From assembly GCA_030295235.1 (NCBI GenBank), contig AP026131.1, positions 1,364,001 through 1,428,000 of the forward strand: DNA of 64,000 nt. Reading direction: 5' to 3'. The DNA comes from Fistulifera solaris. Taxonomy: Eukaryota. Shown here piece by piece: positions 1 to 14,100 of the stretch; within the stretch, counting starts at the first letter, position 1; every line of letters starts with the position of its first letter. Position numbers and translations under genes: made by a program. A model generated the notes under the pieces. The model searched no databases and was not told the origin of the DNA. It worked only from the letters and a program-made list of their open reading frames with translations.

Positions 1-934
1 CAGTCATCTGGATGTAGGCCGTGCGATGCTGCTGGACAAAACTCTCCAACGTAAAGTTTGAATTGCCTTTCCATTCTCTCACGAGCGCAATGATGTCCTT
101 GTGCTTCGCAATAATGGCGTCCCATTTGTCCTTTCCAGCATACTGCGCCTTGAGTGCCAAGTAAGCTCCTCTTCCGTCCAAAGTTCGTTTAAAAGGGGCA
201 ATCGGGTCGTGATAAACCGTATTCCGTGTCGCCTCTTCAATCTTGAAATACACCTCCAGCGTTGTCTTCCTTGAAGTTCGATCGGGAATGAGAAGAACGA
301 TGGATCAAATCCTCCACAATAGATCCATGCTTTTCGGTGTAAGGCTGACTTTGCGCTCGAAGCGGGGCATTCACCGCAACATCAACCGTATCCCGAATCA
401 CGGCTGCCAAAGGCACAAACCGGGTGCCAATGCACTGATAGCAATGGTCCTTGAAAGACTCAATCCACTTGACAAAAGAGACACCTTTTCCCAACTTGGG
501 CGCCCCGGGTTGCTCTTTTCTTCTTTTTCGCCTTCAAGGCGTCCCACAGCTCCTGGAAGTTCTTAATAACCGGAGTATACATCATATCCTGCGCCCGTAA
601 CCGCTCTTCCGATTGTATCATAGAAGTGAAGGAGCTCAATAGCCGCTTCCAATCGAATCTGCGATTTGATGGGGAAGGAAAATGGCTCGCGGGGAATTGT
701 CGCTCCAGCTGGCGGGCCACCAGCTAATCCTGCATTCGGATCAGGGACACGACCGGTGGGGCGTCGAAGGCTCTCTGCGATGCGCTTCACATCATCCGGC
801 TTGAATGACAGCAAGTCATCGAATGTAGAGATGCCATCTCTCACCAACTGCTCATGCGTCGCGACCGGAATTCCCATCTGTTCTGCGGCAGTGAAGAACG
901 CCAAGTGCTGTTGTTGTGTAACCACCATGGTCAC
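1..934 (-). mobile_element. 5' (gag) part of a Ty1/copia LTR retrotransposon of diatom CoDi type, cut off by the window edge
   Basis: Frameshifted minus-strand ORFs (563-934, 460-720, 237-494) join into MVVTQQQHLAFFTAAEQMGIP...ESLRRPTGRVPDP...PFSFPIKSQIRL...VIKNFQELWDALK...IGTRFVPLAAVIR. This resembles gag N-termini of diatom copia elements. The LTR boundary could not be fixed. Confidence 0.7.
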
Positions 935-1372
935 TCGCTGTCAAAGCTAAACTGGGTCTGAATAAACTGATAAAACGTAGTGAATCGATTGAATTGCAAA
1001 CAAACAAAATTATAAAGTTAACGTCGCGTTACATCGCTGGTTCCGCGAGGGTCTTTTCAGTCTTTCAAACCTTCGCTTCGCCGTTTATGTCGGCACCCGG
1101 CTAACCCCAATCCTTAGGATAGCCCGTGATCGGCACACCACATTTTAACATTTTCTCCACCGTTTTCATTCAGTGCTATCCGTCCAGACATTCACTCGTC
1201 GTTTTATAATCATTGTATTCATTGTAGTATTATCTTAAACCTATCAATTTCGTCAATAGCACCGGATTTTCTATTGAGAGCTTATTGCGCGTCTTGTCCT
1301 GTTTTTGTTTCTGGTAGTACACTTTTCCTGTGATTTTCCCTTCCTTGCTTATCAACTTGCGTGTGTGAAACA

Positions 1373-2465
1373 ATGACAGAAGCTTTCGTCGGTCGCCCCG
1401 TTGCTGTCAATGCACAGCAGCCCCATCAGTCATCCTCGACCAAGAAGAAACAGTTTCGAGGAGAAAAACAGACAAAGAGTGCACAGCCAAAGAAAACGCC
1501 CCCAGAATCATCGAACGACCCGAACACTCCTCACATTTCCGATCCTCGCAATAAAGACACGACAAACGATCAACGTTTGACGACGAAAGCGACGAAACGA
1601 GGGAATGGTCGCAATACCGAATCGTTTGATCCTTCCAGTACGCTAGTACGTCCGGCCTTGCGGATTATGGTCGGATCTTCCGCGTTGAAACAATTCATAC
1701 AGCCGTTGCGTCATGACGATGTCGTCATTGTACCGGAACTCTTTGGACCCGAAGAGAATTGGGATCTGTATCATCAACTCTTGAAGGAAATGAAAGATCG
1801 CCAGGATTGGACGTCGTGGCACGAAGGAGCGCATCTCATTGTGAAACATCCCGATCCATCTCCGACCTTTCAAAAGGTCGTACAGACCTTGTGTGAGTAC
1901 TTTCAGATTCAACCGGCCGGAGTCCGGTTCAACTGGCACAAGGATAGTTCCGACTGGAAACCCTTTCATCACGATTCGGCGGCCTTTAACCCGCAACGCG
2001 CGAAGACGCAAAACATTACCGTCGGTGCGAGCTTTGGGGCGTGTCGGGAATTGGCCTTTCTCTTAGCTTCTGAGGATAAAAACACACCCAATGACACGCG
2101 AATCTATTTTCCGCAACCCAACAACGGTGTCTTTTCGTTTGGTCGGGATGTCAATATTCGATGGAAACACGGCATTAATGCCGTGCAGGAGAAAATCGGA
2201 GCAAGGACGGATCAGTATCATTGTGTGGGGACTCGCACAAAATGTGATTGAAGAAGAGGATTCGCCCGCACTGTTGGGTTCCGATGGCCAAGGACCTCAT
2301 GCGGCGAAGCAGAAGAATCATCATCGGGGAAATGACAAGAAGAATGGGCGTCGCAACCAGCATCACAACAAGAAAAAAATTCCGGACGATAAGACTGCTA
2401 ACATTCCTCAAAAGAAACCAGCAGCCCCGCGGTCGACAAAGAAAACAAACCTTAGTAATCAATAA
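1373..2465 (+). CDS. AlkB-like 2OG-Fe(II) dioxygenase domain protein with basic low-complexity termini (one frameshift near 2190)
   Basis: FNWHKDSSDWKPFHHD (HxD), TVGASFGACREL, distal His in WKHG, and RISI in the shifted frame. Confidence 0.7.
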
Positions 2466-2500
2466 TAATACAAATAATACTAGTTTGCAATTAATTACTG

Positions 2501-3618
2501 TTACAAGGGCTGTTTGCTACCAGCCAGCGTGAGTATTTGTATCATCCGCGAGGATTCTTGCTCCAGACAATGATGGTGCTGTGTTCCGTACTCGTGGGCC
2601 GCTTTCAACAGTAGAAAAGCTTCTTCATCGTCCCACGGGAGGGGAACAAAGTGATCGATCCAGTACCAGCACTGGATGGCAAACGTGGCTTCCTGAGGAC
2701 GTTCTTGCACTCGTTGCAGACTTTGTTGAATGGCTCGTTCCAAGTGGCATTCACGGAGCATGGTCTTGTCAATCACAATGCGTTCCGGATCCTCCTCGTA
2801 CTGCGCGACCGTGGCCAAGGCCTTGGCCAGAAATTGCCACGCCAGAAACGATAACGTTTCGTCGCGATCTTCGATGCAACTCTCTTCTTGATAAATATAT
2901 TTCTGCAAGTATTTCATCAACGAAACATCTTCTTGAAAGACCCTCTGACACATTTCGAGCGGTTCCTTTCGTAGCAAGTACAGCATTTGCTCGAGTCCGA
3001 GCTGATTCTGTCGGCGGCAACAGCTCTGCAAGAGGCCTTCGATTTGTGCAAAGCCCGACGTTTCCTTTGACACGACGACGGCATGGGCCTTGCACGATTC
3101 CGGAACATTCGGAAACTCAGGAAACTCCAACAAATCACTGTTGCATGGTTCGGACGGTTCGACTACGGCCCGAAACAACCGGCGGCGGCACCATTGCGTG
3201 GCGACGCTACATCCTGTTGTCGCTGCAATTCGACCAAAGTTCTGTTTTCGTCATCATCGACACGCCAGAGAAAGATGGATAATTTGCAACTATCTTTCAA
3301 TATATCCAATTGACCTTCCCCATCCCAATGGCAATCACAGGACGCGTGCTTCAACCGCCGTCCCAATCGCTCTAAAATGGTGTGGGCCGGTACGTTCGCG
3401 ACAAAGGTCGTGTGACGCTGGAGGCAATAATCCGGAGGAAACGATCGCAACGGTTGTTCCATCTTCCAATCGTATTTATTGTCGCGTGAATGTTGCAAAT
3501 TGGGTATTTCGGGCTTTTTCGTTTCGATGGTAGAGGAAAGTGCCGGAAGGGATCCACTGGTGCTCATGGGCACACTGCGTGCGTTTGGTTTGCTTTCGAT
3601 GGTTTCTTCTTCTCTCAT
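2501..3618 (-). CDS. Hypothetical protein (two overlapping ORFs joined by a frameshift near 3210)
   Basis: ORFs 3163-3618 (..KLSIFLWR..TLVELQRQQ) and 2501-3178 read as one protein-like sequence; start uncertain; no function recognised. Confidence 0.55.
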
Positions 3619-4380
3619 GTTGTTGTTTGCTGTATAGCTAGTATTCGTACGTGTTCTTTTTGATTATGAACTAAAGGCAAGAAAGAAGGGAAACAAATGC
3701 AACAGATGGGATCGACTACAATACCAGTGATGTAGCCGTCGCGTTGTGTCAGCTGAAAAGCTAAAAACAACGGGTGTTCTGTCCAGGTTCCTGGAACATC
3801 AAAGAAGTGCTTCTCGTCTTGCCGTCGTGTACTATCGTGCATTGGCGCTCCCGAATCCGAGAGATTTACGAATGTACAAGTACCATGTAGTCTACTATAA
3901 CTCATTGCCGGACTTTATGAAATTAGGAATAAATATTAGGATTGTGTTAGTGATCTGCCATGTACCTGTAACCTGTACCCAAACAGGAACACACTTCTTT
4001 CGAAGACATCGAACGAAATTACTCCGTAAATCGTAGTACTGTACTAACAGTACTGCAGTCTGCAGTACCAGTACTACATTGAAACGTAAAACGAGAACCG
4101 AGTGATAACTGTGAAACGTGAATGTAACGGCACCCGTGACCCGTGACCCGTGCCGTCTGTCAATCCCAGAAACGAGACGTCTCACAAAAACCGAAGCGGC
4201 CAGAAAAACATCCAGTCAACATACATCTTCAACCTTAATACGAAAGGAGCTTTTTATGGTGGGCCTCTTTCGCCTCGCGTCATCGTTTCGCATGCATCAC
4301 AACACAATCATCACGACAACCATCATCACCACCGAACCAAGCATGTTCGGAACCCAATTTAAACTCATTCTATCAACAAA

Positions 4381-5453
4381 ATGAAGCGAATACCAATGCT
4401 ATTTGTTACATTGTGGAAATCGGTGGAACACATCCGTGCGTTTGCTCCTCATTCGACAAAGACCCGGCATCGCACGTCTCTCGCGAGTACGTCGACGACT
4501 CTCCGTCAAGTTGACGGTGTGCGTGAGATTGTCGATCACTACGATGTCTTTTTACTGGATATGTGGGGTGTCTTGCACGATGGGCACACGCCGTATCCGG
4601 GAGTCTTGGAAGCTATCCGTCAATTGAAACAGGCGGGCAAAGAACTCGTCATTGTGTCAAATTCCAGTAAACGAAAAGACCATTCTGTACGAATGTTACA
4701 AAAATTGGGTTTCGATCCACAGGATTTTGCGCAAATTATCACGTCCGGGGAAGTTACTTTTCAGATGATGCAGGGAAAGTTGTCGAATGGATGTTTGCCT
4801 GCGACAAAGAAGGTTTGCGTGCTGGGGAGTGGTGACGGGGATATCGAATATTGTGCGAGTGCGGGATGGGAAGTCGTACCGATCGAAGAAGCGACACTTC
4901 TTCTCGCACGGGGTACCTTCACAGTCCAGGATGGCCGTGTCGAAATTCACAAACGAACGAATGCCGATGCCTATCACGAAGCGCTCCAAGCCACCCTGCA
5001 AACAGCGGCACAACGGAAATTACCCATGATAGTGGCAAATCCCGATAAAGTACGGCCCGATTTTGAACGTCCTCCGATGCCCGGGAAACTCGGAGATGAT
5101 TATGCTCGTTTTTGAGTAGTCCAGAAGAAGAAGACTTGTTGATTCAACGGATCGGGAAGCCATTTCCCGATGTCTACGAATTGGCGCTGAAAGATTTTTC
5201 GGTTGTCGATTTGCAACGGGTGGTCATGGTGGGAGACGCATTAGAGACGGATATCACGGGTGGAAATAGTATCGGATGTCACTCTTTGTGGGTGTTGAAC
5301 GATGGGATTCATAGTCCGGATCTGTCCTCGGAAAGTTCATTAGAAGAAGGTGCGAATACAATTTTGAAGGCATTCAACAGCAACTCCGCCAACACGTATG
5401 CGCGAGGGAAACGGATTCAACCACAAATGATCATGGAACATTTTGTTTGGTAA
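4381..5453 (+). CDS. HAD-superfamily subfamily IIA hydrolase, probably plastid-targeted (frameshift near 5112)
   Basis: FLLDMWGVLH (motif I), VSNSS (II), IGKP (III), MVGDALETDITGG (IV); N-terminal RAF-AP followed by a Ser/Thr/Arg-rich stretch resembles the diatom bipartite plastid signal. Confidence 0.85.
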
Positions 5454-5524
5454 CCTTACTACCGTACAAGACAATAGCTAAGCAGGATGAACAAATAAGA
5501 ACAATTTTTAGCACAGTAGACATG

Positions 5525-8500
5525 TTAACCGGTATTTCCCATCCCGTTCGAAATTCCCGTGATGGTGGTCAAGAGGGCGTCTTCCAGAACCTTTTCCTCG
5601 GGATTGGCTCGAATTCTTTTCAACGTTTCGGCCTGGAGCACATTCAAACAATCAACATAAGGGTTACGGACTCCTAGTGCACGCTGCAAAATGAAGTTGT
5701 TCTCTCCAAGATTCGTGTGACCCGTCAAGTCCAATATGGCCTTTTCCGTATCCAAATGGTATTGACGCGTAATTTCGCCAAGTTCCTTGGCTTGCGGATC
5801 AGTGCACAACAATTCCTCGTAGTGCTTGGCGATGGCGGGCTCGGATTTGCTCAAAATCATCTCAACGAGATCCACCATGGTTCGGAAACTATCCCATCCT
5901 TCATACATGTCCCTCAGAATTGGTGCTTTCGTTTCATCTTTCAGGCAATGGTCGATCGCATGGCCCACACCAAGCCAAGTAGGCAGATTGAAGCGCGTTT
6001 GCGTCCATGCAAAGTTCCAAGGAATGGCGCGCAGACTTTCGACACCACCACCAGCTTTGCGTTTGGCCGGACGGCTACCAATCTTGAGACTAGCAAACTC
6101 AGATTCCGGAGTGGCGGCACGGAAGTAAGGAACAAATCGCTCGTCACCACGAACGACCGCACGGTATGCGGCGCAACTAATATCACTCATTTCTTGCATA
6201 AGCGCTCTCCACTCCGGCTTCGGCGCCGGTCGCTTCTTTAAACGTTCCGCAAGTACAGCAGCTGTGTAAATGTCGAGTGTGCGTTCTGCGCGTTGGTAGT
6301 GACCAAAGTTCTGATGAATCATTTCTCCTTGTTCAGTTACACGAAATTTGCCATTGATCGTATTCGGAGCGTGGCTCATGATCGCAAGGAAGGTCTGAGG
6401 ATTGCCACCGCGTCCAACCGTACCACCTTTTCCATGGAAAAATGTCATGTCGATATTAAATTCTTCCGCTAGATGTCGAAGCGACTCCTGCGTTTGATAC
6501 TGTGCAAAGATAGCTGAGAGGCGACCAGCATCCTTAGCACTGTCGCTGTAACCAATCATGACCTCCTGTTTTCCTTGAATGATTCCCATGTAAACGGGTA
6601 GAGAAAACAATTTTCGCATGGTGTCGGTTGCTCCATTCAAATCATCAAGTGTTTCAAACAGGGGCGCGACACGGAGTGGCTTTTTGACGCCAGCATCTAG
6701 CTGCAAAAGAAGTACGGCGAGGACATCGCTAGCGCTGGTAGCTTGGCTGATCACGTAAGCACCCAAAGAACCCTCCGGTTGCTCGGCAATCATTTCATGA
6801 ATTTCTAGCGTATCACAGCATGTTTCGCTGAAGAACTTTGGGTGCTCTCTCCATATTCCCTTACGTAGTAAAGGACGCTTTGACGCGATCTGCTGCGACA
6901 ACCACGAAATCTTGGTATCTTCATCCCAATCACTGTATGACCCGAGTCCCAAAAAGCGAGTAATGGAGTCAATCGCTTCTTCATGGCGCCCGCTTTCTTG
7001 ACGGACATCAAGAGGGATTAACGTCAATCCAAATGCTGTGACTTTCCGAATAATGTCTGTCAAGCGTCCATCAGCGGTGACCGCATTTCCTGTATCACAG
7101 AGCGAGCGATGCAGCACCAATAACTCTTCCATGAATTCTTCCTTCGATACATAGACTCCAGGTGGCGGAGCCATTTCGGTAGACTCAGCCCAGGCTTGTG
7201 TAATTTTCAACTTTTCGATCATGGGACGTAGATACGCACGATAAGGCTCGCGCGGATCATCTACCTTACTAAGCACTTCGTCTGTTGCAACTGTAAGGCT
7301 AAGCTCGGAGTACAAGCTTTCCAAGTCCGCAGCAAACAAACGGGCTGCTTTTGCGCGGTTTGTTTTGCACACTCGTCGGGTGGTGTCTGGCTTGACATTT
7401 GGGTTACCATCACGGTCTCCTCCCATCCACGATCCAAACTTGAGAACTTGTGAATCTAGAGGCAAAGGCTGTCCCAGGTACTGAATGCAGGTGGCATTCA
7501 ATTTGCGTAAAAAGAGGGGTACTGTGTCCCACAAAACGGTTTCTACCACAAGTGTTCCGCGTTCAGCTTCGTCTTCCGGTGTTGGCTTGAAGCGACTAAC
7601 CTCATCGGAAAGCCAAAGGCTGGAAATTTCACGCAACAGAGCGTCGTCTAATGTAGCTTGCTCAAATCCAGATGCATTTCCTTGCTCACGAAGCTTGTCG
7701 GCTTGAGTCAAAATGTCCTGGATACGTCTCTGTTTCGAAAGAATTGTCCGGCGGTTCACTGTAACAGCAGATCAAAGAAAGAAGTTAGTCAATAGTAGAA
7801 AAAAACTGCCAGTGACGGCATTTCATTTAAATTTCGTAAGCTGTGATAGCAGCTTACTCAAGAGCTGTGAATAAAAACGGCAGCTCTGTGGTCGGCTGCA
7901 GTAGACGAACTCATATTCTACAAAAAACATCGAGATGCATAACACAACTGCGACGATAATGTTTTGACAAACCTTGTGTGGGGTGAGCCGTGAGTATTAG
8001 CTCTGTCACTTGACTTGTCAACGCTTCGAAAATCTCTTCCGGTTCATGTTCTTTGAGAAGAGCCGGTAAAACACCACCGCAAGAATCCGGCTTGTTGTAC
8101 AATCCGGAAGACGCTGTTGTAGATCCCAAGCGGCGCACACGATGATGTTGCTCGGCAGCATTCGCCAACGCCATAAAATGAGTGAAAGCTCGACTCACTC
8201 GCTGAAGATCTTGATTGTCTAAATTAGCCGCATAAAGAGCCAAGGCTTGGAGCGCTTCTGGAGTCTTATCGGCGCGCCACTTTTTCGCCAAGGCACGCAT
8301 CCCTTCCACTTGATGAAGCGTCGATTCTTCCATCACTTTTCCCAATAGACTTCCCATAGTTCGAATATCACTCCGCAACAAAGCATCCGGATCATCCTTT
8401 TCCTCGGCTGCCGCTGGCGGAACGAACAGGGTAGGTTCCGGCTCCGCAAAGAGGACAGCTTGTAGCTATCGGACGACGAGAAAGCCCGCGTCTGGAAGCT

Positions 8501-8677
8501 CAGCAATGGAGAATGACGAGCAAAAGTCGTAGGTTCAGAGGACTGAATCTTGCTGTCGTAAGACGAGAACGTTGGGAAGCCGATCGACGAAGCGTAACGA
8601 GTCGCCACCCGGGGTTGCGTTGCTGCCATCAACGAGCGAGCCAAGCGGCTTCGACGGAGTAACAAAGATGAATGCAT
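5525..8677 (-). CDS. PEPC: Phosphoenolpyruvate carboxylase, probably the mitochondrial isoform; intron 7759-7972, frameshift near 8440
   Basis: LTAHPTQ|VNRR across the intron, SWMGGDRDGNP, VMIGYSDSAKD, FHGKGGTVGRGG, LRAIPW, C-terminal MGNTG; Arg/Ser/Leu-rich N-terminus typical of mitochondrial presequences. Confidence 0.96.
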
Positions 8678-9314
8678 GTTTCTTTTCTTACAAAAAATGA
8701 ATTATCGAATGCAAATGTTCGAACGAGAAAGATACACTCTTTTGTGTGTGCGTCCTTCGCTTTTGGGAAAATATAATCAAAATGAAGGGCGAACAAAACG
8801 TCGGCAGCGAAAACAGAACTTCGACGAGAATGAGGGAAGATTGACCAATGGCCACGAAAGTTGCTACTTATTGTGTTACATTCAACAGTTTCCACGTATA
8901 CACTGACTCCTAATGTACGATGTGACGTTTTGTCTTATCATCATAGTACGCTTTCTTATACAGTCACTGCATTAGACGCTCGTATGACGTCATTCTCAGT
9001 TGTCCGTCGTCTGGACAAAATTCGTGACTCCAATCTTCGACCGACTCAGTCAACTTGGCATTCGTGACTGATCGCACGACTTCGGTCATAGTAAGAAAGC
9101 TCGCGATGACCTCGGCGTTTTCTTTTGTGTCCTTTATCTATCGAGACATTGACAATAACGAAAAGAGTCCCCACCGGCATTTCTAGTGCTTGAGATAGAC
9201 CTTGCCAGGAAATAAACATCCTTTTGTCTTTGAAAGTGACAAGAAAACAATAAAGGAGCAACTGGCGTTTCTTCAGCTTGTACGACTATCAATTTACACA
9301 CAACTAACAACACT

Positions 9315-10493
9315 ATGGTCAAAATTATCAATCGCCCAAAGCTCAGCAATGGAAGCAGCACTTTCTACGCCGTGATCGGTGGCCTCGCGGTCACCAGCAT
9401 TATATTATTCTCGCTGTCGGGCGGTGTTGGAGTACCGGACTTTAGCAGCTTGGAAAATTTGCAGGGTTCCTCTTACAGTGGTGCTTTAGTCAGTCATGCC
9501 GAGAACGGAATCGCTCTCAAAAGCTGGAGAAAGAAGCTTCGAGAGGCGTGCGAAAATGCTAAGAGTGAATCGGACGTTCTTGCCATCGAAAAAATTAACA
9601 AGTTGGGTTTTGAATATCCATCAAATCCAGTGGCTCAACCTCGGAATGACAATGCTGTCATTCGGTGCAAGCATGTGGTAATGGATTTCGGGGCGAATAT
9701 TGGGGATACGAGTGGTCACGTCATTGACTCCGGCATGATTCCGTGCGATAGAACTAAGGATCTCAAGGCGAAGACGTCGTTTGTGCACTTTGATGTTAAA
9801 ACGAAGCGCTTTGAAAATGCCGCTAATCGCAACCCCCTTACACACAATCTTGTTAATTTGATGACCAAGTTTGGCGCCTTGACGGGCCCGGAAGACTACT
9901 GCTACTACGGTGTGGAGGGAAATCCGGTCTTTACACAGCGTCTCCAAGCCATTGAAGATTTTGTCATGAGTATGCGACCGCGACCCATTCAACATATGCA
10001 CTTTTTCACCGAGTCTGTAGGAGCCGGAGAAGATGGCATGACGAAACTCTATTTGGACACGGTCAACACAGATCAGAACTTCTGGGGTTCATCCATCTTC
10101 AAAGATCATCAAGATGTCCGAAAAAGTGCCGAAGAGGCTGGAAAATCAGCCGATACCATTGCGGCGGACGTGATGGGTTACACGATTGGGACTTTGATGA
10201 GAAAGACTTTGATTGCGTTTGATCCTGCCGCATCACCCGAAGAAAAGAAAGGAAATCATTTGGTGTTGAAGGTCGATATTGAGGGTGGCGAGTACCCATT
10301 GTTACATCAAGCTGTAGAAGAAGGGACATTGTGCGAGTTCACGAAAATGGGAAACACGGCTGACCTCTTCATTGAGTTTCATAGCGCGCGAGTAACAGGC
10401 AAACACGATTATGTTGGAAAAACAAAGCAGATGAAAGAAGCGCTGGAAAAATGTGGAGTTACATTCCGTAACTTGGCAGCGTGGTGGGCGTAA
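9315..10493 (+). CDS. Type II membrane-anchored FkbM-like SAM methyltransferase
   Basis: Uninterrupted 392-aa ORF; N-terminal TM helix; DFGANIGD, YGVEGNP and LKVDIEGGEY motifs. Confidence 0.7.
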   Translation: MVKIINRPKLSNGSSTFYAVIGGLAVTSIILFSLSGGVGVPDFSSLENLQGSSYSGALVSHAENGIALKSWRKKLREACENAKSESDVLAIEKINKLGFEYPSNPVAQPRNDNAVIRCKHVVMDFGANIGDTSGHVIDSGMIPCDRTKDLKAKTSFVHFDVKTKRFENAANRNPLTHNLVNLMTKFGALTGPEDYCYYGVEGNPVFTQRLQAIEDFVMSMRPRPIQHMHFFTESVGAGEDGMTKLYLDTVNTDQNFWGSSIFKDHQDVRKSAEEAGKSADTIAADVMGYTIGTLMRKTLIAFDPAASPEEKKGNHLVLKVDIEGGEYPLLHQAVEEGTLCEFTKMGNTADLFIEFHSARVTGKHDYVGKTKQMKEALEKCGVTFRNLAAWWA

Positions 10494-11162
10494 ATATCTA
10501 CAATTAAACGATGGAACTGTTTTCTTAAATATTTGGCATATTTCCAAAATATGCCCGCGTGCTTTACTCATCTACCAAGTATTTGTGTTTCTAGACAATA
10601 ACAACGGCGTGTCCTGGAAGTGATGACAATTGGCAGAGTTATTCTCGCCACAAATCCGACGCTCTAAACGATCAATGGGTTTCGAGAGCAAGAAACACTG
10701 GAGGGTCCGTGGCAGACAAGACTACTTTCATGTCGATGATGCTGCTAATTTTAGCAAATGACAATGCATGGGACATGACGTTCCAAGGAACGGGACAAAA
10801 GGAAGCCGAGTCAACAACTCAGGAATGAAATTCAGTCTTGAGCTATTTGCGGGGTTTTTGTCACGGTTCGCGCGGTCCGAAACGAGCCCAAAATAAATTA
10901 TGACTTTTTACATATATTTGTAGTGTACCGCTTTTACTATGTTGTAAAACAAATGGTTGTAGCAATAATGGACTTCGTTCGGACATTGTTCACACAAAAA
11001 CTCAGAGACCGCAGAAGCCTATCTTTAACAGTTGAAAGTTTCTCGTCCTTTTTTCTTCATGGCTTCATTCTTCGTCGTCTCGTTTGATTATTTCTCCCTT
11101 ATCGATCGCGTCTTTGTGATTTTTATATCCAAAATAACCCCCCCCCCCCCTTATACAAATAA

Positions 11163-14100
11163 ATGAGAAGCAAGCGATTGGGGCGATTGCAACTATCACT
11201 ACTGGGATGCGTCCTCTTGGCACACCATTCCGTCGTTCATTCGCAACCCGAAGGCACTATTACAATTCCTCCACGGATCCTGGAATGTCCGCAAGATGAA
11301 AGGAATGTAGTGGACTGCCCTGTCGTCGGTACATCGACCTCTTTCGAGATTACTACGGCGATTCGACTGCGGAGAAGTTCCGATGTCTGTATGTTATTCA
11401 ACAACCTGGGCGAACCGATGGCTCGCAGTTACGATGGACATGCTTGGGAAGCTTATTTCAATACCGCGACGCCACAAGCTTCACAGATATCGTGTGATTG
11501 CTCGACTTGTATCCTGCAAGGCTTGCCGGCGGGGGAATATCAATTAATTTCGCAAGCTCATACACGGGCGCCGGTCGATGAATATGCACGCTTTCTGGAA
11601 CAGGCTACCTTTGGTCCTCGTATGGTCGATTTACAATCCTTTACCAGTCCCGAAGAATGGATTTTGGAACAAATGGAATTGCCCATGACATCGCATCGTG
11701 CTATCTATCGGAGACACTGGAATCATCGTTTTCCGCATTCGTCGTATCAAGGAGTGGTGACACATCCCTGTGCGTACGGAACACGATATCGACAAGCGGC
11801 CTTTTCTGATAAAGACTGGAAAAAATACATCACAATAAGAACCCTTTCCGATAGTCGGAAAGAATTGTCCATCGATGGACATGTTCGCACCGTCATTGAA
11901 GCACGTACACTTCATATTCGGCCTCCGGAAGAAGGATTCGAAATCGGTGATGGCGAGTAAGTAGTATCCAATAAAAAAACATTGGGCAAATCGTTTGAAT
12001 CCGTCGCTCAAACCTTCCCATTTCACAGTTACGCCATTTGTCAACGACTGCGTGCAATTGTGGGTTCTGAATTGCATCTCTTGCATCCGGAATCAGGGAA
12101 TTGTTTTCATTTGTATACAGACGGAGTGGCGAAAGGGGTACCAGAAGTCCATTTGCCCGGTACCGAAAGTCAATCCGAAGTGATAGTCAATTTGCCGGAA
12201 GAACTTGTGCAACCCATTGATTCGCAGTATTACAATGGGTCGGTTTCCGAATTATTTGTGGCGGGCGCATTGAATGATCCGGTCTGTGCCACTTTACCGA
12301 ACGTTACGGGGATACCCGAACAATCTGTTTTCGGTTTGTATCAAGGGAAATATTATATACACGATCCTCGCTATGTGGTGTTGGACAATACGTTGGAATC
12401 ACCGAACACAGATGGGAGTGCGGTGCGTTTGACTCAAGGTGCCGAAGATGAGCTGTATCGAGTCCGATGTAGCAGTGCTCCGATTACATTCGTCAATGAA
12501 GCCTTCTGCACCATAGCGCAAGATTCGGCCTGTGTTTCTTCCGAATTCGATACACGCGTTTCCGTCGACTTGACGGTGGATACATTCAGTGCGGCTTATC
12601 CCGAACGTTACGTCTATGCCGTAACTGGATTACGGCAAGATCCGGCAGTCGTGCCCACGCCCTGTACTCCAGGTGCTATTTCACGATGGATACCGGTGGA
12701 TGGTGCGATCTGTGCGAGTACATGGGTCATGGCGCAAACCCAGGAAGCACTGGCACGATTAATTCGTCGATCGACCGACCAAAATAAGCTATTGCGCGAC
12801 GTTTTGTTTCCGCAGTTAAGCGAGCCCTTCAATTGTGACCAGGCCGATGTCCAAGAATACGACTTCTCTGTTCTCGTCGATGGCACGTGTTGGCAAAACG
12901 TTCATCCTTTGCACTGGCAAATATTCGATTTCACCGAGTGGGTAGTGAATCATCCCGGTGGGGCAAGTTCAATTCAACAATTCGCGTTGGACGGAACTTT
13001 TATTTTGAAATTCCCAGATTGGCACGAGATGGATCGTTTCTACACGACAACCGAGAGCCAAGGAATCGTTCGTTTAGGTCGCCTGGGGGATTCGATTGTG
13101 TTGGCTGATTCACCGCCCGCCGCCGATGCCTTTGCAAGTGTGAAGAGTACTACTCGCGTCGGTTCCACTCTTACGTGTGGTAGTCCGTTCGAAGTAGCCA
13201 ATGAACCGTCCCTAGGTGGTAGTATGTATCAAGGGGGGATTCGACGGAGCGACTGAGTACAATGACACCACTATCGAGGAAGACTTGGAACATCAGAGAA
13301 CGAGCGTTTGGATGGACGTGGCTTTGACAGCGCCCGATCAGTTGCGGCAAAAGATGGCTTGGGCTCTCAGTCAGATCTTTGCTGTTGGTCCAACAGCTAT
13401 CGAGGCGTGGTTCTCAAGTGAGAATTTTCTCACCTTCTATGACATTTTTGTTCGGCACGCGTTTGGAAATTATCGAGATGTGTTGAAGGAGATGTCGTAC
13501 AGTCCGCTTATGGCCGAACAATTAACGTTCTTGAACAATCAAGGGACAAATTTTGTTTTTTCAGATCAGAAAATACTGCAATCACCCGATGAGAACTTTG
13601 CGCGAGAAGTTATGCAAATTTTGTCTGTAGGAGTCTATTTGCTTAACAATGACGGGACGTGGGTGCTGGACGGGAACGGCAATCCTGTCCCAACCTATTC
13701 AAATGCAGACATTGTGGAATACTCCCGAATGTGGACGGGATTCCAGCAACAGGTGATTCGCGGGAACGTAGAGTCGTGGTCCATGTGTAAGTGTGATTTT
13801 TGCTGCGCAAGAAGAAGGATCGATGTGAAGGACTTTCTAACGTCGCTTGATTCAGGGAAAGGAAGTCTGGTCGATCCGATGATGATTAATATTCGTGCGC
13901 GCGACAATTTGCCGAAGGTACGTAGAAGCTGCCCATCAGCTTTCTTTTGTGATCTAAAGTCGTCACTTACACCCACGACAGATGGGATTGAATCGAACTT
14001 ATGTTGGCGACGGTTACCCGCTCTGCAAGCATTTGCCGGCCCAACACTTTTTGAAAATCGGAGCAACCTATCGATTACTAGGATCGACGCCAAATCCTCG

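Noticed and set aside
1088..1190. TGTC...GACA segment as the 5' LTR of the left-edge copia
   Set aside because: The partner LTR and TSD are outside the window and the terminal match is only 4 bp
11138..11150. Poly-C run upstream of the DUF1800 gene as a G-quadruplex or regulatory element
   Set aside because: A single homopolymer whose length is unreliable in this assembly
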